From an uncultured Planctomycetaceae bacterium (lineage in GTDB: Bacteria > Planctomycetota > Planctomycetia > Pirellulales > PALSA-1355), in NCBI GenBank assembly GCA_963785305.1, contig CAWAUV010000005.1, forward strand, positions 733,201 to 797,200: 64,000 nt of DNA. The letters are read 5' to 3'. The position numbers were made by a program, and so were the translations under genes. The notes beneath the pieces were generated by a model. The model was not told the origin of the DNA and searched no databases. It saw nothing but the letters and a program-made list of their open reading frames with translations. Shown one piece after another: positions 35,233-45,784 of this stretch (positions within the stretch are counted from its first letter, which is position 1; every line of letters begins with the position of its first letter).

Positions 35233-36949
35233 GGGACCAGTTCAGCTTATGCGGCGGTGGCGAGGGGGGTGGAGCGGCGGTGGAAGGGGTGGCCGGGGCG
35301 TTGCGAGAGGTAGTCCTTGAGCCGGCCGTCGTCGCTGAGGGCGGCGGCGCGGAGCTGCAAGATCGCTTCCGCTCCGTCGGGATCGTCCCAGAACATTTCG
35401 GTCCCTTTCACGCGCAGGTTCATCTGTTTGATCAGCGACTCCATCGGCGCGCTGGTGACCGGCAGGCCTAGGCGGCGATAGCTGGGATAGTCCATCCGCT
35501 GGCGATTGTTCGTCAAGTACCGCACGGCGTCGACGAGCGGTTTCTCCGCGTCACTGGGTTTCGTATCTTCCCAGTCGATGCCCCGGGCGAGGCAGGCTTG
35601 CTTGATCTCGTCGATCACGTGATCGACCTGGCCTTGCCAGCACCAGGTGACGAACTTTAGATAGAGCGACCAACCCTCCGCATCGTTGGCGGCCAGCGCC
35701 AGCGCCGCGCGGTAAACGTATTGAATCGCATGAATGAAGTCGAGGACGGGCGTGAACGTCGGAAAATGTTTTTTCCAGATCGACCAGTTCCAGTTCAGGC
35801 CATCACCGAGGAAGACCCGTAAAGGGGAATCGTAGAACCGGCGCCGCTGGGCTTCGCGCCGCATCAGCGGGCCGAAATCCTCCGAGCAGGACATACTGCT
35901 CAGCGCCGTGCGCAGCACGCGCCGCGGGCCTTCGTACTTCACGCGGCGGGGTTTCTCGGCGGCGGATTCTTCGCCGGGCGAATCGAGGCGGGGAACCGCT
36001 TTTTCCGCGATATTCGCCACTTTTTTCGCGATGCGAAAGGAAGTCGGCAACTCGGGGCAAGCGTCTTCGTCCGCGACATGCCGCGGGTTGAGAGACATTC
36101 GCTCGAACGAAGCGTTCTTCGTTTCGCGCCAGCCTTTCTCGCCCGACGGCACGACGCCGCGTCCCCGGCCCGGCTCGCGCGTGCGAATGCGGCCGCCGTC
36201 GCAAGAGACCACCGCCGCTTCCGGCACGACGACTTCCTTGACGACTTTTTTATTGTCGCTGGGCGCCGGCAGTGCCTTCCCGTCGGCCAGTTCCTGGCCC
36301 ACCTGTTTCACCAAACGCCGAATCGTGCTGCAGGGAACTTTGTGTCCCAGCACTTGCTCGGTGATCACTTCCGCGCGCTTGAACGAACGGACTTCCGCGG
36401 CTAGGCAGACCACGGCTCGCGTCAACTCGGGCGTGACCTCGCGGCTATCGAGTCCCAACGTCAACCGCTGAGGGAAAAAAAGACCGCCGGCAGCGGTCGC
36501 AGTAAGCGGTCGTCTCGGTCACCTCGACCCGGCCATCCAGGCTGGTGACCGGCCTCGTTGCGGTTTGCACGCGGCACGACGCTCCGCAGGTGGGGCAGTT
36601 CGCTTCCGTCGGGCAGCTCGCGGCGACTTCACGCATCGCTCGCTCTTGGGCTTCACGGCTCAACTCGCGGCCGAGCGTGATAGCATACCGCTCGATGACG
36701 CTATAGTGCGGCGTGCCGAGGAACGCCCCCTGCTCGACCATCTCCTCGATTCCCAGTTCGGCCAGTTCCCGCAAAAGTTCCTTCCTCCTGGCCTCGCGGG
36801 CCTGCATCGCGGCGTCCATGCCTAGCGCTCCTTAAGCAAGTTTCGTTCACCGATCAAATCCACCTCGCCCAGCTTACCACACAAACCCCGAATTCTCCTA
36901 TTGACGTTTCCACATCCACCCCCCAACCCGCAAAAGCTGAACTGGTCCC
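35233..36949 (-). mobile_element. Complete ISKra4/UPF0236-like insertion sequence (1717 bp) with a 9-bp TSD
   Basis: Terminal IR GGGACCAGTTCAGCTT(A/T)TGCGG (22 bp, 1 mismatch); GTTCGCCCG at 35224-35232 and 36950-36958. Confidence 0.93.
35247..36819 (-). CDS. ISKra4-like DDE transposase in two ORFs joined at T7CCC (36472-36481)
   Basis: OrfA Zn ribbon (CPTC...CDRC..SFFP); OrfB SCDGG, FLGDG, LDFIHA, YLTNNRQRMDYP.YR..GLPVTS..MES. Confidence 0.88.
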
Positions 36950-37213
36950 GTTCGCCCGGCCGAGCCAAAAGCGGACTTGACCGGGCGGGGGCCGATCTGG
37001 TCCGATTCTTCCGCGGAACGCATGCGCCCGGCGCGCGCGCCGCGGGGGCCGCGCTCGCCGCGAGTCGACCGCGGTTTTGCCCGCCTTGCGCAATTCCGGG
37101 GTGACGCTCGGCGGCCCGGCGGCAACGAATCAACGCGGGGCGGACACCGGCGGGTCAAACACGAAGTTTTTCGCGCCGCGCTCGAGCCGACACCATGAGG
37201 GGCTGATCCGCCG

Positions 37214-37786
37214 ATGACGCGAATCGACACGACGCTTGCCACCGACGAGCAACTTGCCGCCCTGGCGGCGCGCGAAGGCTCGGACGGACCGGCGTTTGTC
37301 GCGCTTGTCGAACGATTTCGCCCGCGCGTCTGGCGAATCTGCTATCGCCTCTTGGACAATGAGCAAGACGCTGGCGACGCGATGCAAGAAGTGTTCGTGC
37401 GGTTGTTCGTGCATCGGGCTAAATTCGCCGGCCGCTCCAAATATTCCACCTGGGTGCATGGCGTGGCGGTGAATACCTGCCTCGCGCAGCGGCGAGGTCG
37501 CTCGCGGCGCCGGAAGCACGAGAACGTGCTCGCCGACGAACAATGGGAATCACGCCAACCGGGCAAGGCCGGGCAGGCGGCCGGCCTCTCGCTCGATCTG
37601 CGGCGCATGCTCGACACGCTCGACGAAGAGGACCGCGCGCTGCTGATTCTCAAATACGCCGAGAGTTACGAATACGAGGAGTTGGCCGCCATGTTCGAAC
37701 TCTCGGTCAGCGCGTGCAAGATGCGGATCAGCCGGGCCCGCGAAAAACTCCAGCAGCGTTTCCCCGATCAAGTTCCGGGAGCTTGA
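37214..37786 (+). CDS. ECF RNA polymerase sigma-70 factor
   Basis: DAGDAMQEVF, F.GRSKYSTW, region 4 YEELAAMFELSVSACKMRISRAREKL. Confidence 0.9.
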   Translation: MTRIDTTLATDEQLAALAAREGSDGPAFVALVERFRPRVWRICYRLLDNEQDAGDAMQEVFVRLFVHRAKFAGRSKYSTWVHGVAVNTCLAQRRGRSRRRKHENVLADEQWESRQPGKAGQAAGLSLDLRRMLDTLDEEDRALLILKYAESYEYEELAAMFELSVSACKMRISRAREKLQQRFPDQVPGA

Positions 37787-37787
37787 A

Positions 37788-38036
37788 ATGAGCCACGATC
37801 TGTTCGATCAATTGGCCGAGCGCGACGTGCCGCCGCCTCCGCCGCCGCCGGAGTTCAACCGCGAGTTGCATGAGCGCGTGAATCGCTCGCTGCTCGCCTC
37901 GCAACTGATCGACCTTGCTCTCGGAGCCTTGCCGTGGGCCATTTTTCAAATGCTTCGCCCCCTGGGCGGCTGGATGCGGCTGACCACCACCGGCAAATTT
38001 TCGGACTCCAAGAAAAAACATCGTCCCCGGCCGTGA
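37788..38036 (+). CDS. Small hypothetical membrane protein (possible anti-sigma)
   Basis: 82-aa ORF starting 1 nt after the sigma stop, with one hydrophobic segment. Confidence 0.55.
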   Translation: MSHDLFDQLAERDVPPPPPPPEFNRELHERVNRSLLASQLIDLALGALPWAIFQMLRPLGGWMRLTTTGKFSDSKKKHRPRP

Positions 38037-38182
38037 CCCGACGCCGCGGTCCGGCAACAGAACTCCCGATCCCGCGTTGCACGCGGCGCCGCTTATAAAA
38101 CAAAAGAACGACGCCGCTCCATTTCGCCCGGGACGGAACCCGGCGAGCCCGCGATCCATCGAAATTCTCACTCGAAAGGAAC

Positions 38183-39064
38183 ATGCACATGGTGGAAGTC
38201 CCCGCTCCCGCGACAACCGAGACGCACGAAATCGTCACCGTGCTCGACAGTTCGAAATCGGCCCTGCAAAACAGCTTTACTCAAGCCTATTTGCAGATTG
38301 CCGACCTGATGCCCAAGGTGATCGTGTCGATCGTGGTGCTGGTCGTGGGCTATATTCTTGCCCGGCTGGCGGCGCGATTCGTCACGGTGCTGAGCGACAA
38401 GCTGGGCCTGCAAGTCGCCGCCGAGCGCAGCGGACTTTGGCAGTCGATGTCGCACATGGGCATTCGCCGCAATGTGCCGGCGATCGTGGGCACGATCGTC
38501 TTCTGGCTCCTGTTGTGCGTGTTTCTGATGGCCGCGTTCAATATCTTGCAGCTCACGGCGCTTACCAATGCGATGGCCGAGGTGGTCAACTATATTCCGA
38601 AGCTGCTCGTGGCGATCGTGGTGATCGTGGTCGGACTGCTGGTGGCGAGCTTTTTGCGCGGCGTGGTGGCCACGAGCGCCGATCGCGTCGGCATCAGCTA
38701 TGCCCAACATCTGGCCAGCGGCGCCTACTATGTGCTGGCCGGCCTCACGTTCTACGCGGCCTTCAACGCCCTGAATATCCAGTTCGCGCTTTTGGAAAAA
38801 CTGGTCATGATCGCCTTTGCCGGCCTCTCGCTGGGTTTTGGATTGTCGTTTGGCCTGGGCGGCCGCGATGTGATGGCCGGCATTCTCGCCGGTTATTATG
38901 TGCGGCAACGCATGCAAGCCGGAGACCGTGTGTCGGTGGCGGGCATGGAAGGCACGGTGCGCGAAGTCGGACCCGTGGCGACCATCATCGAGACCGAGGA
39001 AAACGGCCTGCTCAATCGCCACAGCATTCCCAACGCCAAGATGCTGCTCGAAGGAGTCCGCTAG
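38183..39064 (+). CDS. CmpX-like TM-helix-repeat/MscS-domain mechanosensitive channel protein
   Basis: Two MPK/IPK-led TM repeats, GLSFGLGGRD, and a C-terminal MscS beta domain (GDRVSVAGMEGTVREVG...IPN). Confidence 0.8.
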   Translation: MHMVEVPAPATTETHEIVTVLDSSKSALQNSFTQAYLQIADLMPKVIVSIVVLVVGYILARLAARFVTVLSDKLGLQVAAERSGLWQSMSHMGIRRNVPAIVGTIVFWLLLCVFLMAAFNILQLTALTNAMAEVVNYIPKLLVAIVVIVVGLLVASFLRGVVATSADRVGISYAQHLASGAYYVLAGLTFYAAFNALNIQFALLEKLVMIAFAGLSLGFGLSFGLGGRDVMAGILAGYYVRQRMQAGDRVSVAGMEGTVREVGPVATIIETEENGLLNRHSIPNAKMLLEGVR

Positions 39065-39571
39065 GGCGAGACGATAGCGCCGCGAGCGATGGCGCCGGCA
39101 ATAGTCCCGCGCTAGCAAGGGTCCCGCGCCAGCAGGGTGTTTCGACAGTGTGGCATGCTCCAGCAATCCGTCGCGCTAGCGTGCGACGCAAGCCAGCAGC
39201 GCGACGCAAGCGAAGCGGCGAACCGAGCGTTTGCTGGCTCGCGCGAAACCGCTCGGCGCCGCTCGACGAAAACTTGATGAAATCCACGAGCCCGAAAAGA
39301 AATAAGTTCTTTCCGGGCTCGTTTTTGCGCTAGCGTCCGGGCGTGAAAAGCGCCGCGTCGCGGCGCCGGTCGGCGCGATCAATGGTCGTCTTTCGCGCGA
39401 TCTTGTCTGCGCTTGGCGTGTCGCGCGTTGGCTGCCGCACACGCCCGTCCGCGCCTCGCGGTGCATGCCATCGTGGCGCCGCATCGACAGCATGCGAACG
39501 GCTCGGGAGCATGGGTCACAAAGCTCGCGTCGGCAACGCGTTAGGGCGATCGTTCGGCGTCGGAAGCCGCC

Positions 39572-39601
39572 TTGACCGGCTGGCCGTGGCGTTCCTATAA
39601 T
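39572..39601 (+). promoter_or_regulatory. Sigma70-type promoter upstream of the lptD-like gene
   Basis: TTGACC-N18-TATAAT. Confidence 0.55.
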
Positions 39602-39790
39602 CCGCCCCGCTTCATATCGCCTTAAGATTCTTTCTCCCTTCGTTTTGCGCTGCTCTTGCTGAAAATTCTTTCGGCAAGAGTCCGCCGACCATCGTCAAGG
39701 ATGGCGTTGTCTGCGAAACCCTGACGCGACCAATTTGGTGATCGAGCGCCTTCGCGCTCTCGTTAGCAATTCGCGCGAGAGCCGTCCGCG

Positions 39791-42700
39791 ATGAGAATGC
39801 ACGCGCGCTTGTCATGGCGCACGGCGGCCCGATTGTTCGCGCTCACGTTTTTGTTCACGATTGCTTACATCGGCAAAAGCACGAACGTCGCATTCGCGCA
39901 GGTCGACATGCCCAACGTAAGCGTCGGCGATGCGATCACGATCGCCGCCGACAGCGGCAGCCGCTGGACGCAAGGCGCCTACGAAGTGCTGATGCTGCAT
40001 GGCAATTGCTCCATCAACCAAGGACTCGTCTATGCGCGCTCGAAAGACGCGGTATTGTGGCTCGAACGCGGGGCGCTCAATGGCGATCCGCCGAATCGCG
40101 TGATCGCCTATCTCGAAGGCGATGTCACGGTCGATTATCAGCCCGATGCCACGGCGAATCAGCCTGGCGCCGCGCACAAGCCCACGCGATTGAAAGACAA
40201 AACCTGGTTCGGTCGTTTCTCCAGCCGGATTTCGCTTACCATTCAGGTGAAGAATTCCACCGGCGAACCGGCCGTGAAACCGCCGCTTTTTGCTAGGGCA
40301 ATGAAAGCTCGCGATCCCGCGACTCCCGACGCGCCGGGCGGCTACTGGCCTTCGCCAACCAGCCGAGTCGCCGCGGCGCCTGGCGCCGCGGACACGGGCG
40401 GCGTCGTCACGGCGAGCGCCATGCTCGGCGGCGGGGCCGGCGCGGTGCGGCCCGCGCAGTTTGTCGCTCCGCTAAATGGTCCGCCTGGATTGCAGCCGCG
40501 GACGGAAGCCGAGCCCGAGGAAGTGCCGCTGCCATCGACCGGCACACGGCGGCTGCGCGTGTTTCCGCGAACCGACTCGCGGGTCCAAGCGCAATGGTTT
40601 CCGAACCCCGCGGCCGATGAGCAGGTGGCCGTGCTCACGAGCGGCGTGAATCTGATTGTCGACGGTATCTCGGGCCTGGGCTCGATCGACGTGGCGGCCG
40701 ATCGAATCGTGCTCTGGACCAAAGGAGCGCAGCCCGACCTCACGGGCCAAGCGGGCCAAAGCGAATCGACGCCGCTCGAGCTCTACATGGAAGGCAACAT
40801 CGTGTTCCGCCAAGGCGAGCGGATCATCTACGCCGATCGCATGTACTACGACGCCACTCGCAAGCGCGGCACGGTGCTCGACGCCGAAATCCTCACGCCC
40901 GTGGTCAGCTACTCCGGCACCGTGCGGCTGCGGGCCGAAGTGCTGCATCAGCTCGATGAAAACCAATTCCAGACCGAGCGGGGTTCGCTGACTTCGAGTC
41001 GCATGGGCGTGCCGACCTATGAATTTCGCGGCAGCGAGATGCGGCTCACCGACGCCCAGACTCCGGTGATCAACGGCTTCACCGGCGAACCGGTGATCGA
41101 TCCCACGACCGGCCAACCGCTCGTCGAGCATCAGCGGCGGATGACCAGCTACAACAACACATTGTTCATCGGCCCGGTTCCCGTGTTCTACTGGCCGGTG
41201 TTCAGTTCCGACCTCGAACAGCCGTCGTTCTTCCTGCAGCGCATTTTAGTGAAGGAAGACACGATCTTCGGCGACCAGTTGCTCGTCAATTACAATGCGT
41301 TCCAACTCTTGGGCATCAAGAACAAGCCCGCCGGAGTGCGCTGGACGCTGAGCACCGATTATTTCAGCCTTCGCGGCCCGGCGGCCGGAACCGACGTGCG
41401 TTTCGATCGCAATGATTTCCTGGGCCTGATGCCCGGCCGGAACTACGGCATGTTCGACGCTTGGGGCGTGTACGATCATCGCGGCTACGACACGCTCGGC
41501 GCCGATCGCTTGACCGACACCTTCAACAATCCCGATCGCGGACGCGTCTACTTCCGCGATCGGCAACTGCTGCCCGAGAATTGGCAGCTCACCACCGAGT
41601 TCGGCTATATCAGCGACCGCAACTTCCTCGAACAGTGGTTCGAGAATGAATGGGACCAATTCAAGGACGAAAGCACCGACGCGGACCTGAAGCGCTATGA
41701 CGGCAATTCGTCGTACGACGCCCTCGCCTCGGTGCGCGTCAACGACTTCTTCACCGAAACCAACTGGCTGCCGCGCGGCGACCACTATTTGCTTGGCCAA
41801 TCGCTCTTCGGCGACCGGCTCACGTATTTCGAGCACACGAACATCGGCTACGGCCAACTCAAAGTCACGGTTCCTCCGACCAGCACCGAAGACTTGGCCG
41901 CCTTCCAACTCATGCCGTGGGAAGTGCCCTCGAGCGGCGATCGCGAGGACACGCGCCAAGAAATCGACGCGCCCCTGCAATTGGGCGCCGTGAAACTCAC
42001 TCCCTACGGCTTGGGCGACCTGACCCACTGGGGACAAGTGCTTAACGGAAACGACTTGAGTCGAGCCTACGGGCAGTTCGGCGCGCGGGCCAGCGTGCCG
42101 CTGTCGAGCGTCAATCCCGAGTTCGAGAGCGACCTGCTCAATGTGCATGGGATCGCGCACAAAGTCGTGCTGTCGGCGGACGCCGGATATTCGGCCAGCA
42201 GCACCAGCGTGCTCAATTTGCCGCTCTACGACAATATCGACGACAACAACATCGAAGCCTTCCGTCGCCGCTTCTCGGTGCAGGAGTTCAACAGCAATCT
42301 GCCGATGCAGCTCGATCCGCGGCTGTATGCGGTGCGCTATGGCATGGGCGGCATCGTGTCGTCGCCGGCGACCGAAATCGCCAACAATCTATTCGCGGTG
42401 CGGCTCGATGCCCGCCAACGCTGGCAAACCAAGCGTGGCCCGGCGAACAATCGGCATGTGATCGACTGGATCACGCTCGACACCACCACCACGCTCTTTC
42501 CCGACGCCAATCGCGATAACTTCGGCTCCGTCGCCGGCCTCACCAGCTACGACATGAGCTGGTTCGTGGGCGATCGGGTGACGGTCACGTCCAACGGTTA
42601 CGACGAGTTCTATCAATATGGCGCGAAGTATCTCAGCTTCGGGGCGTTTCTCAATCGCCCGCCGCGCGGCGCCTTCTACGCCGGCATCCACATGCTCGGC

Positions 42701-42994
42701 GGACCGATCCATAGCACGGTGCTCATCAGCTCGTACAACTACCGCATGAGCCCCAAATGGTTCTCGTCGTTTGGCTCGACCTTTGTCTTGGGCGGGCAAG
42801 GCAACATCGGCGAGAATTTCCAGATTACCCGCATTGGCGAAGCCTTCTTGACCGGCTTCGGTTTCAATGTCGACGCGAGCAAGCAGAACGTCGGCGTGAT
42901 GCTCTCGATCGAACCGCGATTCCTGCCCAAGGGACGCCTCAACGCGGGAACCGGCGGTTCGATCGCGCCGGCCGGCACATTCGGCCTGGAATAA
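39791..42994 (+). CDS. LptD/OstA-like outer-membrane protein
   Basis: 1067 aa with a signal peptide, OstA-like ELYMEGNIVFRQGERIIYADRMYYD, GPVPVFYWP, SDRNFLE and an amphipathic beta-strand C-terminus. Confidence 0.75.
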   Translation: MRMHARLSWRTAARLFALTFLFTIAYIGKSTNVAFAQVDMPNVSVGDAITIAADSGSRWTQGAYEVLMLHGNCSINQGLVYARSKDAVLWLERGALNGDPPNRVIAYLEGDVTVDYQPDATANQPGAAHKPTRLKDKTWFGRFSSRISLTIQVKNSTGEPAVKPPLFARAMKARDPATPDAPGGYWPSPTSRVAAAPGAADTGGVVTASAMLGGGAGAVRPAQFVAPLNGPPGLQPRTEAEPEEVPLPSTGTRRLRVFPRTDSRVQAQWFPNPAADEQVAVLTSGVNLIVDGISGLGSIDVAADRIVLWTKGAQPDLTGQAGQSESTPLELYMEGNIVFRQGERIIYADRMYYDATRKRGTVLDAEILTPVVSYSGTVRLRAEVLHQLDENQFQTERGSLTSSRMGVPTYEFRGSEMRLTDAQTPVINGFTGEPVIDPTTGQPLVEHQRRMTSYNNTLFIGPVPVFYWPVFSSDLEQPSFFLQRILVKEDTIFGDQLLVNYNAFQLLGIKNKPAGVRWTLSTDYFSLRGPAAGTDVRFDRNDFLGLMPGRNYGMFDAWGVYDHRGYDTLGADRLTDTFNNPDRGRVYFRDRQLLPENWQLTTEFGYISDRNFLEQWFENEWDQFKDESTDADLKRYDGNSSYDALASVRVNDFFTETNWLPRGDHYLLGQSLFGDRLTYFEHTNIGYGQLKVTVPPTSTEDLAAFQLMPWEVPSSGDREDTRQEIDAPLQLGAVKLTPYGLGDLTHWGQVLNGNDLSRAYGQFGARASVPLSSVNPEFESDLLNVHGIAHKVVLSADAGYSASSTSVLNLPLYDNIDDNNIEAFRRRFSVQEFNSNLPMQLDPRLYAVRYGMGGIVSSPATEIANNLFAVRLDARQRWQTKRGPANNRHVIDWITLDTTTTLFPDANRDNFGSVAGLTSYDMSWFVGDRVTVTSNGYDEFYQYGAKYLSFGAFLNRPPRGAFYAGIHMLGGPIHSTVLISSYNYRMSPKWFSSFGSTFVLGGQGNIGENFQITRIGEAFLTGFGFNVDASKQNVGVMLSIEPRFLPKGRLNAGTGGSIAPAGTFGLE

Positions 42995-43271
42995 TCACCG
43001 CGCGTGCGCGAGTAACACGTCGCGGTTTTGCTCGCCCGGGGGGAAACGCAATCCTAACCTCAACCCCGCGGTAGTGCCTCAAAGTTGTGTTGCTATCCGA
43101 TCGTCCCCCCGATCGGCTAGCCTTCGTCTTCGCCGATCATTTTCTGACGATGGGTTTTCTTGGGTTTGGCCTTCGGCGCTTTCTTGAACGTCTGGCTGAT
43201 CTGGCGGACGGATGGCATATCGAATGGCACTAACTTAAGGAACGCGAGTCACGAAGTCCCAAATCGGGATG

Positions 43272-44469
43272 CTATCTGATTATGGACTCGTACAGCGGCG
43301 AGAGAACCTGCTGGTCAATCCATCGAATGACGGGAACGCAAACCGCATCGCCGAATCCTGCCATTTGCTGATTTGGTCGACCCACGAGCGGAAATTCTGG
43401 CGCACCCTGGAGGCGCCCGTATTCTCGCGGCGACATCCAGCGGATTTTTAGTTTCCCCCGATCAATTACGATCACGATTTGCCGCGCGCTTCCACCACGC
43501 GGCACGCGCAAGCACCCGGCCATGCCATCAAACCGAATTTCGGCGCGCGTTGTTCCGAATCGCTTGCGCCGAAATATCGTGCCAACATGGACGGATTTCT
43601 TGTCCAGTATAAGCTCGTCGACTTGCGATTTATGCGAATCGCTCATTGACTCGTAGTGCTTGTCGACTTGGGGCTTCTCCCACCACTCCTGCTTGTCGTC
43701 CACGTCAATTACTTCACGTAGATGGACCCTGCTCGTCGGCGGCGGGGTAATTCGTGTGGCAATCCATCCCGTGGGAATGGCGATTTGCTCCATAAGTCTA
43801 ATCAGGCGTGACGGGCGAATGGCGCCAGCACCACGAATAGCAGTATTCCACGGGTCAAGCGCACCATCGCTTTGCTGGATTACGTCACACTTGCTGACCA
43901 CGCTCTTGTGTACCCCAATGACGAAAACCCTCACGCGGCTCTGGGGGACAAAATACTTGGCGTCCAAAACGAAGGCGTCGACAAAGTAGCCAAGACTCGC
44001 AAGCGATGCGACAACAGATTCAAAATCCTTGCCTTGATGAGAACTGAGAAACCCGGCTACATTTTCCAGCATAACCAGCTTTGGTTGGCGGCGACTTCAT
44101 TGCCGACAGCACTTCGGCAAACGCAAAGAATGTCGACGAATGCTCTCCCTTGAACCCTCGCCCGTGGCCCGCCAGCGATAGGTCGATACAAGGAAAAGAC
44201 GCAGTTGCGAGGACGGGGGCCTTCGGGATTTGGGAAAGCACCTTGCTAGTTTCCTTCACATCCTCCAGGTGGAAGTCATCGCCGCCGAATCGAGCGAGAT
44301 ATTGCTCTTGTTTTTTCGGGTCGATGTCGTTGGCATAGACGCATTCCCATCCTGAATTGGCCAAGCCTTCGCGCACCAGGCCAATGCCAGCGAAAAACTC
44401 ACAGAATGCCTTGGGCTGCTGCCTGCGTTTGTGAGATGGCTTCTTCTTGGCCTTAGTGGCTGACGACAT
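43272..44469 (-). CDS. DNA (cytosine-5) methyltransferase (indel near 44092)
   Basis: Motif I FFAGIG, IV SFPCIDLS, VI LENV, VIII PQSRVRVF, IX SPREYGRLQG, X FGDAV. Confidence 0.93.
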
Positions 44470-44538
44470 ATCGTGCCGATCCGTAATGGTGCGCATTGCC
44501 CGTGGACATATCGACCGCAGAATTATGAAATCTACCGT

Positions 44539-44765
44539 ATGGATGATGTCGATGTAAAGGTCTTGTTTGGAAGGCGCGTTCGCGACCTTCGCCAAAAGCG
44601 GGGCTTATCGCAGGAGGAGTTCGCTGCGCCTCGAAAATGGACCGAAGCTATGTCGGCTGCATCGAACGAGGAGAGCGAAACGTCAGCATCGAAAACATCT
44701 GCAAGCTGGCCGTGGCGCTTGAGGTTTCCCCCGCCGCTCTGTTTGGCTGGTGGGCTAAGCAATGA
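44539..44765 (+). CDS. XRE-family R-M controller (C) protein (indel near 44628)
   Basis: FGRRVRDLRQKRGLSQEEFA, then MDRSYVGCIERGERNVSIENICKLAVAL in the next frame; divergent from the MTase; stop overlaps the nuclease ATG (ATGA). Confidence 0.85.
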
Positions 44766-45520
44766 GCAGCCGGCGCCCAATAGACGCAATCCTTGCCCAG
44801 ATTGAGCAGGCCAAGTGCGAACTAGACGACTATTCTCCTGCCGGATTTGGCTGGCATAAACGCTGCAAGGCAACAGCGAATGAGCTTGTTCCGTGGCTGA
44901 CTGAGGTTGCGCCGCAACTCAAAGTATTCGTGGAGGAAGTCGTAAACTCAAAGCGACTTGTTCGTGAATCTTGGAAGACAATACGTTCGTTAGCTGCCCA
45001 ACACGCTCCCGCTGCATTACTGAAGACGATGGATCGCGAACTTGACCGCGAGGCCATTCTTCTGGCAACAGTTGGCGGCGACGTAATGAGCAAGGTCATC
45101 GAGAAATTCTTGCTGGAAAGCTTCCCCGACGGTCACCTTGAGTCAAATGGCAGGAGCGACTATCCCGACTTATTTCTGCGACCGAACGATTACGAAGGGC
45201 TTCCGAAATTCGCTAGGCTCAAGGGCAAGACGCCGAGTTACGGTGCCGCGATTAAGGGAAAGTCAAACCGTCCAGTTCGGATTCCGGATGGGCTTGAGAT
45301 CAAGACATGCAAAGACCGCTTCGCGGTAGATTGTCACCACGCTCATGTCGGATTGCATATGGCACTCCTCTTTCGCGGACGGAAGGGATCGCTGGAGGTA
45401 TTCGACATCATGGTGGCATTCATGCGGTTCGCAGATTACCGCGTTACCAAGCCAGCATCGCCCACTACCACGCTCAAGGCTTCATTCAACGGCAAGAATT
45501 TCGTCAGCTTGATTGCCTAG
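44762..45520 (+). CDS. Putative type II restriction endonuclease (PD-(D/E)XK)
   Basis: E...YPDLF...GLEIKT catalytic pattern; M<- ->C-R layout. Confidence 0.7.
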   Translation: MSSRRPIDAILAQIEQAKCELDDYSPAGFGWHKRCKATANELVPWLTEVAPQLKVFVEEVVNSKRLVRESWKTIRSLAAQHAPAALLKTMDRELDREAILLATVGGDVMSKVIEKFLLESFPDGHLESNGRSDYPDLFLRPNDYEGLPKFARLKGKTPSYGAAIKGKSNRPVRIPDGLEIKTCKDRFAVDCHHAHVGLHMALLFRGRKGSLEVFDIMVAFMRFADYRVTKPASPTTTLKASFNGKNFVSLIA

Positions 45521-45736
45521 AAGCCGAAGTAGTAGAGGGTGTTCAGGGGCTGGATTCTACCCGAGCGGCGGGGCGGCGAGGGATGGCGGCCACAATATGT
45601 TGTGCTTGCAACCAGCGCGCCAGCATGGACTTGCGACGTAAATCGTTATTGGCACAGGATTTGCGCTATTTACTCGATTTCTCGTTCGTGATATGCTCAA
45701 AACTTGCTAACATGAATGCTTTTTTCCAGCCGATGC

Positions 45737-45775
45737 TTGTACTGTACAAATGTGCTGCTATGATTCCAAAAGGAG
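45737..45775 (+). promoter_or_regulatory. Promoter, palindromic operator and SD for the Zn-finger gene
   Basis: TTGTAC-N16-TATGAT (extended TG); perfect palindrome TTGTAC-T-GTACAA over the -35; AAGGAG before the ATG. Confidence 0.55.
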
Positions 45776-45784
45776 TTTGGAGCC

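Noticed and set aside
36901..36960. Outward-facing IS promoter driving the ECF sigma
   Set aside because: TTGACG is present but there is no plausible -10 at 16-18 bp.
1365..42160. Long antisense or alternate-frame ORFs (e.g. 1365-2846, 8617-10329, 13962-15341, 31277-32707, 41246-42160)
   Set aside because: Shadow ORFs expected at high GC; they overlap genes with clear family motifs and show none themselves.
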